Assembly: GCA_963845065.1 (NCBI GenBank)
Contig: CAWJQQ010000001.1
Span: forward strand, 480,001 to 544,000
DNA from: Nitrospirota bacterium
Lineage (GTDB): Bacteria; Nitrospirota; UBA9217
Reading direction: 5' to 3'
DNA length: 64,000 nt
The position numbers were made by a program, and so were the translations under genes. Under the pieces are notes generated by a model. It searched no databases and was not told the DNA's origin. It was given only the letters and a program-made list of their open reading frames with translations. Each line of letters starts with the position of its first letter. Within the stretch, counting starts at the first letter, position 1. This document shows, one piece after another, positions 51,598-63,363 of this stretch.

Positions 51598-51782
51598 AAT
51601 CAGAACTTTATTTGGCTGTTTTCAGACAGGCATTAGAATCCATTGTCACGATTTTCCACGGTGCCTACAGAGAATTGCAGATTAGTAACTTTTGCAGATG
51701 GATATGCGAAGTGTTGGTGTGAACGTGCGTGTCATCATCCGTAGCTTCTAACCGAAGAATGCAATAGGAAGAAAAAACATGC

Positions 51783-52470
51783 AATAAATAATTTTCAAGA
51801 AAATTCTTACGATCTCGGGGTCGAATTAGATAGCGATAAAATTGTTAAACTTGTTTTCCGTCGTCTCCTCATTAAAAGCCTTCCAGTACGGAATGTCCGA
51901 TCTAATGAAGTTATAATCGTCAGCAACAGCGATGATCCGAGCATTTCCAGGTATTGCCTCGCCTTTGAGGCAGCCGAGACGTCAGGTACCATCTAGGTTT
52001 TCAAGATGGCGGAGAATGCTGGGTAGCGATGGATCGATTACGTGATCGGTTTAAAAATCTCCACACCAATGACGGTGTGGCTCTTCAGGTTGTCCCACTT
52101 TTTACTGATCAGTAAATCGGGATTGAACAGGATGACGTCGCCGATGCCGACTTTCCTGGCGTCCTACAGGATCGCCGCCGAGAGATAGCGTTTCTCGTCA
52201 GCAGTGAGTAGGAGTTCGTCTGCAATTTGTTATGACAATGGGAGACGTGTTTGCAGGGTCAAAATGTACTTACGTCCCGTGTTTTGAGGACTAGGGTGAG
52301 AAACGAAAGGACCTCCACATCGACCGAATCCAGTTCCGGGGTTCGCTCCTGTATCTTCGCTTCAAGGGTGAAAAACAATATTTCTTTTGTCGATCCAGTT
52401 CCAGTTTTTTTATTGAGGAAATCAATGCATTTAATGTTATCGGCCATAATCCGGTGCAGCAAGTGACACT
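51783..52470 (-). pseudogene. HD-GYP phosphodiesterase remnant
   Basis: Own translation: LEAKIQERT..KVGIGDVIL..KSHTVIGVEIFKPI..ENLDGT*..LKGEAIPGNARIIAVADDY..*FDPEIV, with many stops. Confidence 0.8.
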
Positions 52471-52558
52471 GCATCTTCCTAAGGGCTGGCTATCCGCGAG
52501 GAACCGCCTTGTTGGAAGCCCCAACCAGTAGATTAATTATCTTAGGTTGCGGGAGCAT

Positions 52559-53737
52559 TCACCAAAGTAAGAGATACCCATCAGGGGCCAGGCTGGTTGC
52601 CAACATTATCATATTTATATCACGATGCGCCATCCAGTCGCTTGCTTCTCTATTTGTGGGTTCCAGCCAATAAGTCTCGATGCTGTCACGAATAGGTATA
52701 TACTGTTTTAGGTTTTCAGCCCGTGAAAGCAGCCGATGTTTCATGTTGAAATCGCGTGGCATTTGTTTAATCAGTGCAAGCAACTTCTCAATTGTGTGTA
52801 GTCCGATAGACAATCCCAGCTCCCGAAATGCAAGTCGGTAACGAGCAGGAAGTTTCAGGAGGGCCCTGCTCGCAAAGGTCTGTAAACTAACTAGGGAAGA
52901 ATCCAGGAGAGCGTCCAGAAAGTCGGCTCGATCAAAACTTTCGATTAATAACAATTGAGACAGTTTGTATGCTGCACTCAAAAGCTCGCCAATACCAAGA
53001 GGGTCATCAGTTTCCCACTTTTTTTCTTCACAAATAGCGGCCATGTCAGTAATCTCTGCGCTGAGGTCGAACCGTGCGGATTTCATAGAAGCTTTTACCG
53101 CAGTCGCCTGAAGTTGGTGGTAAGTGATGAATCCGTCGAGAGGATCGTGATGCCCCATCGATGATACAAGCGGATAGGAGAGGTCAATGCTCATTTTCCA
53201 GTACATGCGCTTCCGGCCACCAGAAGATGGAACGTATGTAAACTTGGCATGTGCTGTTTTTGCAAGCTCGATCGCCCATCTATTGTAGGTCGGATCTCCC
53301 GTGGCCCGGCTTACCCGATTGAGAGCGTGCATCCATTTCGTCAGGTAATGATAGTACTGTCCGTCTTGATCCCATTCCAGCTGTTCATCATAAGGATCAT
53401 CGGGTTTGCGTTCTTTAATTCCCTTGCCGATTCTTAACCCGCCTCGTGTGGGGTGCATTGCGCCCTCTTTTTCATCAAGACCGCTGATCCAGCCAGTTCG
53501 TGAGTCATCATCACGATGCCGGCCGAGAACATTATGAACCTGATCGACGAGGCGCAGGGCGAGCTGCTTGTATTGCTCCTCGTTCGTTTGATGATAAAGC
53601 TCAAGAAAGTTGCAGATGGCAAAAGAGTCAGTCCATAAGTAGCGCCGTGGCACTTCTCTTGCCGATAGCAGTCCGGTCAGATCGGCAAATTCAAACATGA
53701 TTTCCCGGACCAGAGTCTTAGAAGCGTTTTGTTCCAT
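52559..53737 (-). CDS. Conserved hypothetical helical protein (possible alpha/alpha-barrel)
   Basis: Long intact ORF; RYLWTD, DGQYYHYLTKWMHAL and MYWKMSIDL motifs. Confidence 0.8.
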   Translation of the reverse strand: MEQNASKTLVREIMFEFADLTGLLSAREVPRRYLWTDSFAICNFLELYHQTNEEQYKQLALRLVDQVHNVLGRHRDDDSRTGWISGLDEKEGAMHPTRGGLRIGKGIKERKPDDPYDEQLEWDQDGQYYHYLTKWMHALNRVSRATGDPTYNRWAIELAKTAHAKFTYVPSSGGRKRMYWKMSIDLSYPLVSSMGHHDPLDGFITYHQLQATAVKASMKSARFDLSAEITDMAAICEEKKWETDDPLGIGELLSAAYKLSQLLLIESFDRADFLDALLDSSLVSLQTFASRALLKLPARYRLAFRELGLSIGLHTIEKLLALIKQMPRDFNMKHRLLSRAENLKQYIPIRDSIETYWLEPTNREASDWMAHRDINMIMLATSLAPDGYLLLW

Positions 53738-53849
53738 TTTTACCTGTCGTTTTTCATGAATATTGCCTATGCTCGACCGAAAAAAAGTTGATCTCTCCCG
53801 AAAAGTGTACACCAAGTTACGTTTAATGCATGAGCTTAATAATCTCACA

Positions 53850-53865
53850 CGTGACTTAAATCACA
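53850..53865. promoter_or_regulatory. CRP/FNR-superfamily-like box between divergent genes
   Basis: CGTGA-N6-TCACA. Confidence 0.45.
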
Positions 53866-53925
53866 TATAATATCTATACTCTAATATATATTATATATAG
53901 ATATTACTGATGAGGTTGATTCGCG

Positions 53926-54330
53926 GTGTTATTTAATGGACTTCTAAAATGTTTAGTAGCGTTTTTTCTCGTCACCATTTACGCTCCTGCTGTTCTCGGC
54001 GCAGCGAATGAACTGAGCTTGCTGCCATCCGATATTATAAGTCATACGATGAATCTAGCAAATCCGTCGCCAATAAAAAAATCTGTATGGAATAGCAATG
54101 AGTGTTTCCCTGGATATTTCGCAAACGATAAGAGCGTGAGCATCTCTATGGAGGGCAAGGATTTAGCTTTTGGCTCGATGAACGAATGCTTTGAAGAGAC
54201 TGCTGTCATTACACTGCGCAAAGAAGGTGATGAAATTATGTGGGGTCTTGCTCCATCGCTTGGTAAGTTCAGTCTCAATCCGATAGACGATATCAAGAAT
54301 CTCCAAGTGCTGTTGCAGTATAGGTTCTAG
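53926..54330 (+). CDS. Hypothetical exported protein
   Basis: Signal-peptide-like N-terminus and C-terminal LQYRF. Confidence 0.45.
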   Translation: MLFNGLLKCLVAFFLVTIYAPAVLGAANELSLLPSDIISHTMNLANPSPIKKSVWNSNECFPGYFANDKSVSISMEGKDLAFGSMNECFEETAVITLRKEGDEIMWGLAPSLGKFSLNPIDDIKNLQVLLQYRF

Positions 54331-54722
54331 TCGGGAAAGTATCTCATCAACCGTTTTTTTGAATTCCGCGGCAGACAACGTTGAGCAATATTCCTGCCCC
54401 CTCCTCGCTAGTCGCCCCGCTTCGTTAACTTCCGTTGCGCATCCTCTACCATGATGAGGTAGTCATAATAGAGTTGTGTAAAGGTTTCGATTCGAGTATT
54501 CGCTCACAGAAACTCCCGTGATGAGCCTAACATCAGTTATTATAGGGACGAATTACAGTAGCATGGGCTATATGCATGTTCAAGGCAATAATAACAAACT
54601 TGACTTAACCCACGAAAATCATGGCAGTTGGCATTAATGACTATTCCGCATAAAAGGAATAGTAAATTTTCGAACGGTTTTGTTTGTATCGATCCCATCT
54701 GCTGCAACAATGAAGAGTATTC

Positions 54723-56438
54723 TTAACCAGTCTTCTGCTTAAGCATTTTTTCTTCGTACATCAATTTCTCGGCCTGCTGCAGCAAATCATGAATGGAGCG
54801 CGGATTTCCCGGATCGTAACAGGACATTCCCACGCTGATAGACAGTTTATAGGCGCGCTCGTTTTTTTCATTATGAACCCTGACATTCTCTTTAAAACGG
54901 TCGATAACTATATTGGCTTTTTCCTTGTTACTGGCCACGGGAATGACAACAAATTCATCACCGCCGATGCGAGCAACGATGTCAGTTTCGCGAAAGGTTG
55001 CTTTCAAGACAGAGGTCGTATCTGTCAATGCCTGATCACCTTCGTGATGGCCAAGCACATCGTTAATCTCCTTCAAATTATCCAGGTCGGCATAGAGCAG
55101 AAAGGCTGGATTCTTGTGACGCTTGGCCAGTTTTAGGAGCGGTTCTACCATAGTAAAAAATCCGCGCCGATTGTGCAGACCAGTAAGCTCATCCGTGAGG
55201 GAGAGGTTCCGTAGTTTTTCCTCCATCTGTTTCAGATCGTTGATATCTTTTGAGACAATGGTTACGGAGACTATGCGCGAGTTGGCATCTTTCACTGGGC
55301 TAAATGAACGTAAAAAATATTTATTGTCTCTTCGGCTGAAATATTCATGTTGAATCGTATCGCCCGTACTAAAGACCTTATTCACGCATTCGATAAGCTC
55401 TTTTGTCTCTTCAGGCGAATGAAATTCACTGAAAGCTCGACCTATATAGTCCTCTCCCTTCAGGCCAAGTCGCTCGATATGTTTTTTGTTTATAAACAAA
55501 AACCGGCATTCGGCATCCAAAAGGTATATCGAATCCGCTATGGACTCCATCACTGAAAGAAGTCTCTCTTCGCTCTCGCGCAGAGCTTCCTCCGCCTGCT
55601 TCCGCACGCTGATGTTCGTGATCACGCCTATCAGGCCGAGTCCGTTGTCGTGAACATCGTGGAAGCGTCGGGCTGAAAGATGCCCCCAGAACTGGGTGCC
55701 GTCCTTCCGCCAGTAGAGACGTTCGAGGTCCACGGAAGGTATCTCACTCGCCAGCAGGGCCAGCATCTTTTGCCGGCCGCTCTTGCGTTCCGATGGGTCT
55801 ACATGGTCGACGTATTCGCTCCCGACAAGTTCGTCCATCGAACAACCGAACATCTCAGCCATACGCCTGTTGGCTTGGACGATCCGGCCGGAGCTTCCCA
55901 TTAGGAAGATCGCTACGCTCACCGTGTCCATGATCTGCTGCATTGTGGCTCCACACTCAGCGATTTCCTCTTCGGCTCGCTTGCGTTCGGTGACGTTTCT
56001 CAGGATCACGAGGGTAAGGTCTTCACCGTTCTCCTGATATAGAGAAGCTCTGACCTCCATGTCGAACGCATTTCCGTCAGTACGCAAGCCGCGTGTCGCG
56101 TACGTCGATGGTAAAGCTTCGCCCCGCACACGACGAAGGATGTACGCCTTAATCTGATCGCGGTCTTCCGGCGCAATGAGTTCCAGGATCGGTTTGCCTG
56201 CAAGATCGGTCCCGGGGGGAAACCCGAACAGTTCAAGATACGCAGGATTTACGAGCACATGAATACCGGCTTTTGAAATCCCGATGGCGTCTCGCGAACT
56301 CTCGAAGACAGCATGAAAACGAGCTTCGATCGTTGTTTCAGTTCGGCACGCGCCGCCTCCTGAGCCAGGCCGCCTGGCACCTGTCGCTCCCTTGGAGCCT
56401 GTGCTCTTCTTTTGAGAGGCCTTGCACTTATTTTCCAT
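54723..56438 (-). CDS. Triple-PAS diguanylate cyclase
   Basis: Three PAS/PAC domains, TDELTGLHNRR, RETD I-site and GGDEF. Confidence 0.93.
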   Translation of the reverse strand: MENKCKASQKKSTGSKGATGARRPGSGGGACRTETTIEARFHAVFESSRDAIGISKAGIHVLVNPAYLELFGFPPGTDLAGKPILELIAPEDRDQIKAYILRRVRGEALPSTYATRGLRTDGNAFDMEVRASLYQENGEDLTLVILRNVTERKRAEEEIAECGATMQQIMDTVSVAIFLMGSSGRIVQANRRMAEMFGCSMDELVGSEYVDHVDPSERKSGRQKMLALLASEIPSVDLERLYWRKDGTQFWGHLSARRFHDVHDNGLGLIGVITNISVRKQAEEALRESEERLLSVMESIADSIYLLDAECRFLFINKKHIERLGLKGEDYIGRAFSEFHSPEETKELIECVNKVFSTGDTIQHEYFSRRDNKYFLRSFSPVKDANSRIVSVTIVSKDINDLKQMEEKLRNLSLTDELTGLHNRRGFFTMVEPLLKLAKRHKNPAFLLYADLDNLKEINDVLGHHEGDQALTDTTSVLKATFRETDIVARIGGDEFVVIPVASNKEKANIVIDRFKENVRVHNEKNERAYKLSISVGMSCYDPGNPRSIHDLLQQAEKLMYEEKMLKQKTG

Positions 56439-56678
56439 GTACCCCTCCAGTTCCCAAAAGCGAACGTCACGCCGCTTAACAAATAAAAAGTAAATAACAA
56501 TTAAAACTAGTTTAAGCTTGCTGAATCAGTCTGGACTGTCAAGGTTTAATTGAGGCGCTAAATCACCGGCTATGCCGATGTGAATAGAAAGGGTTTTGCC
56601 GCAGTATTTTTCAAGAAAAAAGCTCCCTTCTTACTATGATCTTCGTTTCGGTGATAAATCGTAAGAAAGGAGCAAACT

Positions 56679-57069
56679 GTGAAGGACAGCTTATCACATA
56701 CAGTATGGGATGTAAATACACTGTTGTATGAATGCCGAAGAACCGGCGGTAGGAAATATACTGACAGCTACGACGTGAGCTGGTCACAATAGTACGAAAA
56801 TTTACCAAGTACAAGGGCGTGAAGATTCTGGAAGGGCCGGCATGTATAGATCATATTAACATGTGAATCTGTTCCACCGAAATATGCGCTGTCAACGATG
56901 GTGGGGTATTTGAAGGTGAAGAGCGCATAGGTGGTACTTGAGAAATACACCAAAGTGAAGCGGAATGGGGGGGGCATGCGCGTACTACGTCAACACAATC
57001 GTGGCTGAAACGCAAGTACAGAATTATATTCTAGATCAGGAAATCAACGACTCGGTTGAGGATAAGTAA
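56679..57069 (+). pseudogene. tnpA: Heavily degraded IS200-type tnpA
   Basis: SLSHTVW..KY..MPKNRR..GVKILEG..DHINM..VPPKYALSTMVGYLK..YYVNT..NYILDQ with multiple stops. Confidence 0.8.
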
Positions 57070-57305
57070 GACAGGTATTTGAGTAACCCCTTTTAAAGGT
57101 GTCCGTAGAAGCGCATTAGAGAGCACAATCTAAGTCAATTGATTGACCACTGGAACAGAAAAGGAGCTGGTACTTCAGAAAGAGTAGATACCTCTTAACG
57201 GAAACGACAGAACTATCTATCATCTTCTGTGGGGTGGCAAGATGATCGTCATGGTAGATCATGGTGTTGGACTAACGTCAATATTAATTTGCACATTTAG
57301 TGAAT

Positions 57306-57758
57306 TTAATTGGAGATGGAATGAGTTGGATTGTCCTTCGCTGCAACGTTCTTCTCAGTCTGCACTATGATCTCTGTCGCTGTGGCTTTGTCCTTAAAGA
57401 AGACCCCTTTTTTAGCGTTAACCTGGATGCTCGTTACTGTCGGCGTTACCTTCTCAAGGTCGATGTATATATCAAGACTACCTGTGACCGCAATAACGCT
57501 AACTTTACCGTCCTCTGCCTTGAGATTCGTCTCTTTTATGTCCATCTTTTCAAGGACCTTATTGAGCGCAACCTCGACATCGGTAAAAGGGTAGCAGATA
57601 GTCTTATAGGCGATGTTCGTGAATGTATAGTTTACATCAATCGCGCAGCCGCTTACTGCTGCGGGGACGGCCAAACCCATAATAGCGCAGCCCGAAAGCA
57701 CCAGAATGAGGCATAAAAGGGCGGATAGTTTAAAGAAACTTTTAACCGAGTTTGACAT
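57306..57758 (-). CDS. Lipoprotein, DUF3568-like
   Basis: Lipobox LSGC and C-terminal FFKDKATATEII. Confidence 0.7.
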   Translation of the reverse strand: MSNSVKSFFKLSALLCLILVLSGCAIMGLAVPAAVSGCAIDVNYTFTNIAYKTICYPFTDVEVALNKVLEKMDIKETNLKAEDGKVSVIAVTGSLDIYIDLEKVTPTVTSIQVNAKKGVFFKDKATATEIIVQTEKNVAAKDNPTHSISN

Positions 57759-58569
57759 GTTGGCTTGCGAATAAAACTTTTTTTACTCTACTCAAGAAAC
57801 ATTATATCATAGAAGAAGAACTCCAATGTTGTCAAGACCATGATAAGTTGATGTTCACGAATAGGTACCACGAATGCGTATTTCGGGGGTAGACGTTTCG
57901 TAACGACTTTAGTTTATAACCTCAAGAGTTTATCATTTTTACCAAGGACGCCCCATTCAAACGACGTATTGGTTGTGGCATGAATTGGTTGGCATTAAAT
58001 TTACTCAGCTGCAGGAAGTGGCTATTGACAGAAAACTATATCGCAATCTGCAATGATACAAACAATATGACATCCCTCGTTTTCCGAGACTCTTTTCACA
58101 AATCATAGGAGTACTTGATGGCCTATTAAATCATTGACTACTGGGGTATGTCAAGCAATACCCGCAGTACGCGGCATTGAGGTAGCGGTTAAAAAAGATG
58201 GAGAGCCTTCCGAAATGGGATCAGGAAACCCTCCTGCATTATCTCGATGCGCTGGTAAAGGAAAACGTAGGCGCGACGGGATGAGAATGTCGGATGGCAC
58301 AGCGCCTAACCCGAGCAATTACAGATTTTCTGAAACCGCGTTATTGTCCTTGCTGTATGTGATCGTCTACGATCCCCGGTACCACAATAAGATAGCATCT
58401 TTTTTAAAGTTTTAATCGCCTCTTCTCTTGGAACGGAAGTACGGAAGTAATGAAGTCACCAACGATTACGCCAGTCGTGGATGGACCCGGGCTAGAACCC
58501 ACAGCATCAACCAGATAACGAATATAGTATGTCTCACCTCCCTAGTTTTGCCTAACAAAGAAAGTAGGT

Positions 58570-58712
58570 AATTTGTGATTAATATGTGCGACAAGCATAG
58601 GTTGGCTATATACTCCCACTCATACTGAGATAGCTGCTTATATGATTTTGGCATACACTTAGGATAGCATGGTGGCTACCACAAGTGTTACACTTCATTA
58701 TAGAACTGACGG
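58570..58712 (-). mobile_element. IS30-family left end with a few transposase codons
   Basis: GTCAGTTCTATAATGAAGTGTAACAC end-like sequence followed by MPKSYKQLSQYEWEYI. Confidence 0.5.
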
Positions 58713-58763
58713 TTTGCTATAATCAATATTAGCGAACAGTCAGGAAATGCATGTTGCTATTCG

Positions 58764-58821
58764 TCATTCCCGCGGAAGCGGGAATTCTTGGATTCAGGAT
58801 TACGGGTCAATCTCGGAATGA
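58764..58821. repeat. Extragenic palindromic repeat (ATTCCC-N8-GGGAAT type)
   Basis: GTCATTCCCGCGGAAGCGGGAAT...CGGAATGA. Confidence 0.65.
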
Positions 58822-58848
58822 TAGAATGATGCCGATCAAGGAAGAGCG

Positions 58849-59901
58849 ATGGCCATTTTTCAAAAAAAGAAGACCCTGACGGGCATGTCCCGCACCTGCG
58901 GTTGAGCGTCGAAGATCGGTCCGGCGGACCTGTCGGACGTGCTTTCTGTGATCAGTCCGGTGCATGATTCGAACCTGCTCGTGGGGTTCGAGACGAGCGA
59001 TGACGCGGCCGTGTACCGGATCACGCCTGATCTCGCGGTCATCAGTACCGTGGATTTTATAACGCCGCCAGTGGACGATCCGGTCTGGTTCGGCAGGATC
59101 GCCGCGGCCAACGCGTTGTCCGACGTCTACGCCATGGGCGGGAAGCCGATTGTTGCCTTGAACCTAGTCATGTTCCCCTCGAAGAGGCTAGATAAGGGCA
59201 TCTTAAAGGATATTTTGAAGGGCGGGTTCGAGAAGGTGCGGGAGGCGGGGGTAACGCTTGCTGGCGGTCACTCTGTAGATGACCTTGAACCGAAGTACGG
59301 ACTGGCGGTCACCGGCACGGTCCATCCGGATCGCGTCCTCACGAACTGCAGCGCCAAACCGGGTGATGCGCTAGTCCTGACAAAGCCCTTGGGAACGGGT
59401 GTGCTGTTCAACGCCTGTCGTTTGAAAAAGCTTTCATACCGCGATCTGGAACACCTCTTGCCGAAGATTGCCGAGCTGAACAGGACCGCCATGGAGACGG
59501 TCCTGGCATTCGAGATCCATTCCTGCACCGACATCACTGGCTTCGGGATCGTGGGCCACGTTTTCGAGATGGCGCGGGGAAGCGGAGTCAGGATCGAACT
59601 GTCCTACGAGCATTTGCCCTTCCATCCTCACGCGATCGAAATGTATCGGAAAGGCGTCACCACTGGGAGCAATAATGCTAACCGCACGATAGTTGAAGGT
59701 GCCTGGGAGAAGAAACGCGAACTGACGCGCGAAGAGGAGGAACTGTTGTTCGACCCCCAGACATCGGGAGGGCTGTTGCTTGCCGTGCCCGCCGCGCAGG
59801 CCACCGAGCTGGCTGGGAAATTAAAACTTGCCGGCGTGGAAGATGCCGTGGTTGTCGGAGAGGTGTTCGCCGGGGAAAAACCTGTCGTAGCCGTCATCTA
59901 G
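58849..59901 (+). CDS. selD: Selenide, water dikinase containing selenocysteine (TGA codon 19)
   Basis: MAIFQKKKTLTGMSRTCG-U-ASKIGP is in frame with the 58939 ORF. DDAAV, AANALSDVYAMGG, GGHS, TDITGFG and DPQTSGGLL motifs. Confidence 0.95.
58906..58940 (+). promoter_or_regulatory. Bacterial SECIS element
   Basis: Hairpin GTCG..GAT-C-GGTCC-GGC-GGACC-T-GTC-GGAC directly after the TGA at 58903-58905, with G at the start of the loop. Confidence 0.75.
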
Positions 59902-60211
59902 GAACTTGTTGAAAAAGTCTTACCGTAGTGGACTGATTCCTTATCCCCGGCAAATGGGATCCGGTAGTAATTTGAATGCCCTGACCTTTCACCTACGCGG
60001 AAATGACTGAAAAGGGAACAAAAGAATTCCTGATCCAAGACTATCCCAACGCTATCGTATAAGTATTTTATAGCCCAAACGGATTTGGGTGATGACTTTA
60101 TGCGACATAGAATTGTATACTTACCAGAAACATGAAGATGTCTTGACGGCAAACTGCAACGATAGTTCTCTACGATTTCTCCGATCGTGGAGGTTCGATG
60201 GGCACCTACCA

Positions 60212-60745
60212 CTAAATGACTTTCCTAGGAGCGCGATAGCAAAGAGCAACGGTCTTAAGCTGGATTGCCTCTTTCGCCGCCAGTTCCGAAACGATGGCGA
60301 TCCCGGCTCCGACCTCGACAGCCTGGCTGACCCCTTCGGTGGTGCCGACCTCAGCAACGGTGTTTAGGTCCGTCAGCGCAAGTCCCGCGTCTTTGAACGC
60401 CTTCTCATAGACCGCACGCGTACCAGAGCCCTTTTCCCGATTGACGAAGTTTTGCCCCTTTAAGTCACCGAGTGCGATTGTCCCTTTCGCAGCGAGCGGA
60501 CGGTTCTTCGGAGCGATTAGAACGAGCCGGTCGTACTTGACAATCACCGCGAAGTCTACATCGGCGGATTCGAAGTGCGTGCCGATGATTCCTATTTCGT
60601 ATTGTCCTTTTCTCACACCTTCAAAGACCTGCTGACTGTCCGATATCTCCACCTAGAGCACGATCTCCGGAAGGTAACTGATCATCGCAGACAGCAGACG
60701 GGGAATGATGACCTCTCCCGGGATGGTGCTTGCTCCAAGTGTGGA
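60212..60745 (-). pseudogene. LysR (CysL-like, selenium-metabolism-associated type) substrate-binding domain remnant
   Basis: GASTIPGEVIIPRLL..*VEISDSQQV..REKGSGTR..VEVGAGIAIVS. HTH absent, internal stop, frameshifted end. Confidence 0.8.
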
Positions 60746-61364
60746 CAAATGTTTTTTGGTCAAATCTCCTCTCTGCTGGTAAATTATTTCCGTTTTATTG
60801 TTCCAAGAAGCGGATCTTATGACCGACATTGAATCCGTAGAAGTTTTCGTTCAGCGGTTTGTCGTCAGTCTCGCAAAGGAATACTTGAAAAGAGCAGCTA
60901 ACCAGCCTTCGGCGCCGGACCTAGGACCGACTTGTTTTTAACACTTAGTTGCATCATTGTGTGTATCAGCACAAATATGTACATAATTTAAAATATCATA
61001 GGTTTGAATGATATGTAAAATAGTCATTTCCGATACATACGACGCAAATCATAGGTTTTATCGGTAGATAAGATAACTGAAGCAGCAACATTTACAATTT
61101 TGTTTTGAGATGATCGAGAAAAAGAGAATAGATGAGTGGAAGGATGCGTTTCTTGTGAGTCACCATATAAAACAACCTTTTCATCGGAGGGGCGATCAAC
61201 TTGACTTCTTTAAGAAGCCCATATATCAGCTCTTCCTTGGAAGTGCTTGAAGGAATTGATATGAAGCCTTAAAATGAGCGACCCTTCGCTCTTCCCATTG
61301 TGGCACTCCCGCGTAGAACACGACGGATTAAATAAGTAGACACCTAATTCCAAATAATTATGCC

Positions 61365-63107
61365 TTACATTTTATGCTTCTGTTCTTGCATCCATGCATC
61401 TATTGCATTAAAAGCCATGGGACGGGCAAAGAGAAAGCCCTGGCCGTAGCCACAGTGCAGATTTCGAACATTGGCTAATTGGTGTTCCATTTCCACTCCC
61501 TCGGCAATCACATCGAAATTCAGGCTCTTGGCCAAGGAAACAATGTGCGTGATGATCGCCTGATTTTCACCGTTGGTGGTAAGTTTGTTGATAAAACTAC
61601 GGTCAATCTTGAGAGCACTCACTGGAAAGAGTTGTAGGTAGCTCAGCGACGAATGGCCGGTGCCGAAATCATCAATATGGAGATGTATCCCCATGTTTCG
61701 CAGCCTGTTCATTGTCTCAATAGCATCATCAACATTCTCCATAATCATACTCTCTGTGATTTCCAATATCACGGTGTGGGGATCAACACCTGTCTCAGCT
61801 AGAAATCGGGAGAGTATACCGACAAGGTCCTGTTGCGAGAATTGCCTGCTTGAAATATTGATGCTCATATTGAGCGGTGGCTGCGCGGGGTACCGCGCCT
61901 GAAGCAATTTCAGCTCACGGCAGGCTTCGTGAAGAATCCATGCTCCGATATGATAGATGAGTCCGTGCTCCTCTGCTAAGGGGATGAACTCCATGGGGTA
62001 GATGAGGCCCCGCGTCGGATGATTCCAGCGGACGAGCGCTTCAAATCCCATCAACTGTTGTGTTGTCAGGTCGATGATGGGCTGATAGTAGAGAGTAAGC
62101 TCCTTATTATCGACTGCTCCTCGCAAATCGGCCACCAGCTGCATCCGGTCCAGGATATTGGCATGCAGCTTGATATCGAAGATCTCATACGATGCGTTTC
62201 CCCGACCTTTTGCCTCGTACATCGCGATGTCCGCGTCGCGGAGGACCTGTTCCGGTCGTTCATAACCTTCCGAGCCTAACGCGATTCCGATGCTGATCGA
62301 GGTAAATATTTTACGTCCTTTGATATCGAGCGGAACAGTCAATTTCTCCCGGATCCGCTCGGCGACGATGACCGTGTAAGCGGGATCATCGATGTTCTGC
62401 AGGAGAATGGCAAATTCATCACCTCCGAGTCGCGCGATGGTATCTCCGGGACGGATGCAATCGGCCAGCTTGCGACCGACTACAACGAGTAGTTGATCGC
62501 CGATGGTATGACCGTGGCTGTCGTTGATGATCTTAAACCGGTCCATGTCGAGGAAGAAGACTGCGTAGTTATAAGTGCCGTGCCGTCGTTGCGACGCGGT
62601 AATAACATGTTGGAGTCGGTTCAGAAAAAGTGCCCGATTCGGGAGGCCCGTCAGGGGATCGTGGAAGGCATCATACATATGCTGCTCATCCGCCTTTTTC
62701 CTCGCGGTGATGTCAGAATATGTCCTCACAAATCCCTTTGAAGGCAAAGGTATATGAGTCAGAAGGCACCATCGATTAACCCCTTGTATCGTTTGCGGAA
62801 ATTCAATTTTAAAGGGATCGGGCAAATTAAGTTCTCGTAAAGTCCGTTCAAGGATATCCCTTGTTTGTCCAGTCACATCAGCCCATACCTTGAGGATATC
62901 TCTGAAATCACAGCCTACTTCGACTGTTCCCGGCTGCAACCCAAAAAGTTCCTCCAACTGCTTGTTGAATGCGAGCACAGTATAGTCAGACCCAACAACT
63001 ACCATGCCCTGCGAAATATTGTTCAAAACAATAGTAAGAATTTCCGCTATCTGAGAGCTGTCGTCTTTATTGAACAATGTTCTTTTGTTAATAGGTTTGT
63101 TCTCCAT
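61365..63107 (-). CDS. PAS-GGDEF-EAL c-di-GMP metabolic protein
   Basis: HDPLTGLPNR, GGDEF, FEALVRW, DDFGTGHSS and AEGVE all intact. Confidence 0.95.
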   Translation of the reverse strand: MENKPINKRTLFNKDDSSQIAEILTIVLNNISQGMVVVGSDYTVLAFNKQLEELFGLQPGTVEVGCDFRDILKVWADVTGQTRDILERTLRELNLPDPFKIEFPQTIQGVNRWCLLTHIPLPSKGFVRTYSDITARKKADEQHMYDAFHDPLTGLPNRALFLNRLQHVITASQRRHGTYNYAVFFLDMDRFKIINDSHGHTIGDQLLVVVGRKLADCIRPGDTIARLGGDEFAILLQNIDDPAYTVIVAERIREKLTVPLDIKGRKIFTSISIGIALGSEGYERPEQVLRDADIAMYEAKGRGNASYEIFDIKLHANILDRMQLVADLRGAVDNKELTLYYQPIIDLTTQQLMGFEALVRWNHPTRGLIYPMEFIPLAEEHGLIYHIGAWILHEACRELKLLQARYPAQPPLNMSINISSRQFSQQDLVGILSRFLAETGVDPHTVILEITESMIMENVDDAIETMNRLRNMGIHLHIDDFGTGHSSLSYLQLFPVSALKIDRSFINKLTTNGENQAIITHIVSLAKSLNFDVIAEGVEMEHQLANVRNLHCGYGQGFLFARPMAFNAIDAWMQEQKHKM

Positions 63108-63363
63108 ATTACCTCGTTGAACATTATTGGTATGACTTCACCTTTAATTTGCTGTAAAGTGATAATCATATAAAGGGCGCCTCCGAGCACACCAGAATCT
63201 CAAAGATTCTGACATCTTCTTGGGAAGAGACAGCCAATCCCATCCCAGGCGGTGCTTTATGAGATTGTACTTAGGAATCGATCTACATTCAAGTAATAAT
63301 ATTTGGGAATCATCGATGAAACTTGTCTGGAGATCGATATGGTAGTGGCGTAGCGGATTCATC

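Noticed and set aside
57980..58285. Possible XRE-regulator remnant (..RLKKMESLPKWDQETLLHYLDAL)
   Set aside because: Too degraded to assign without a search.
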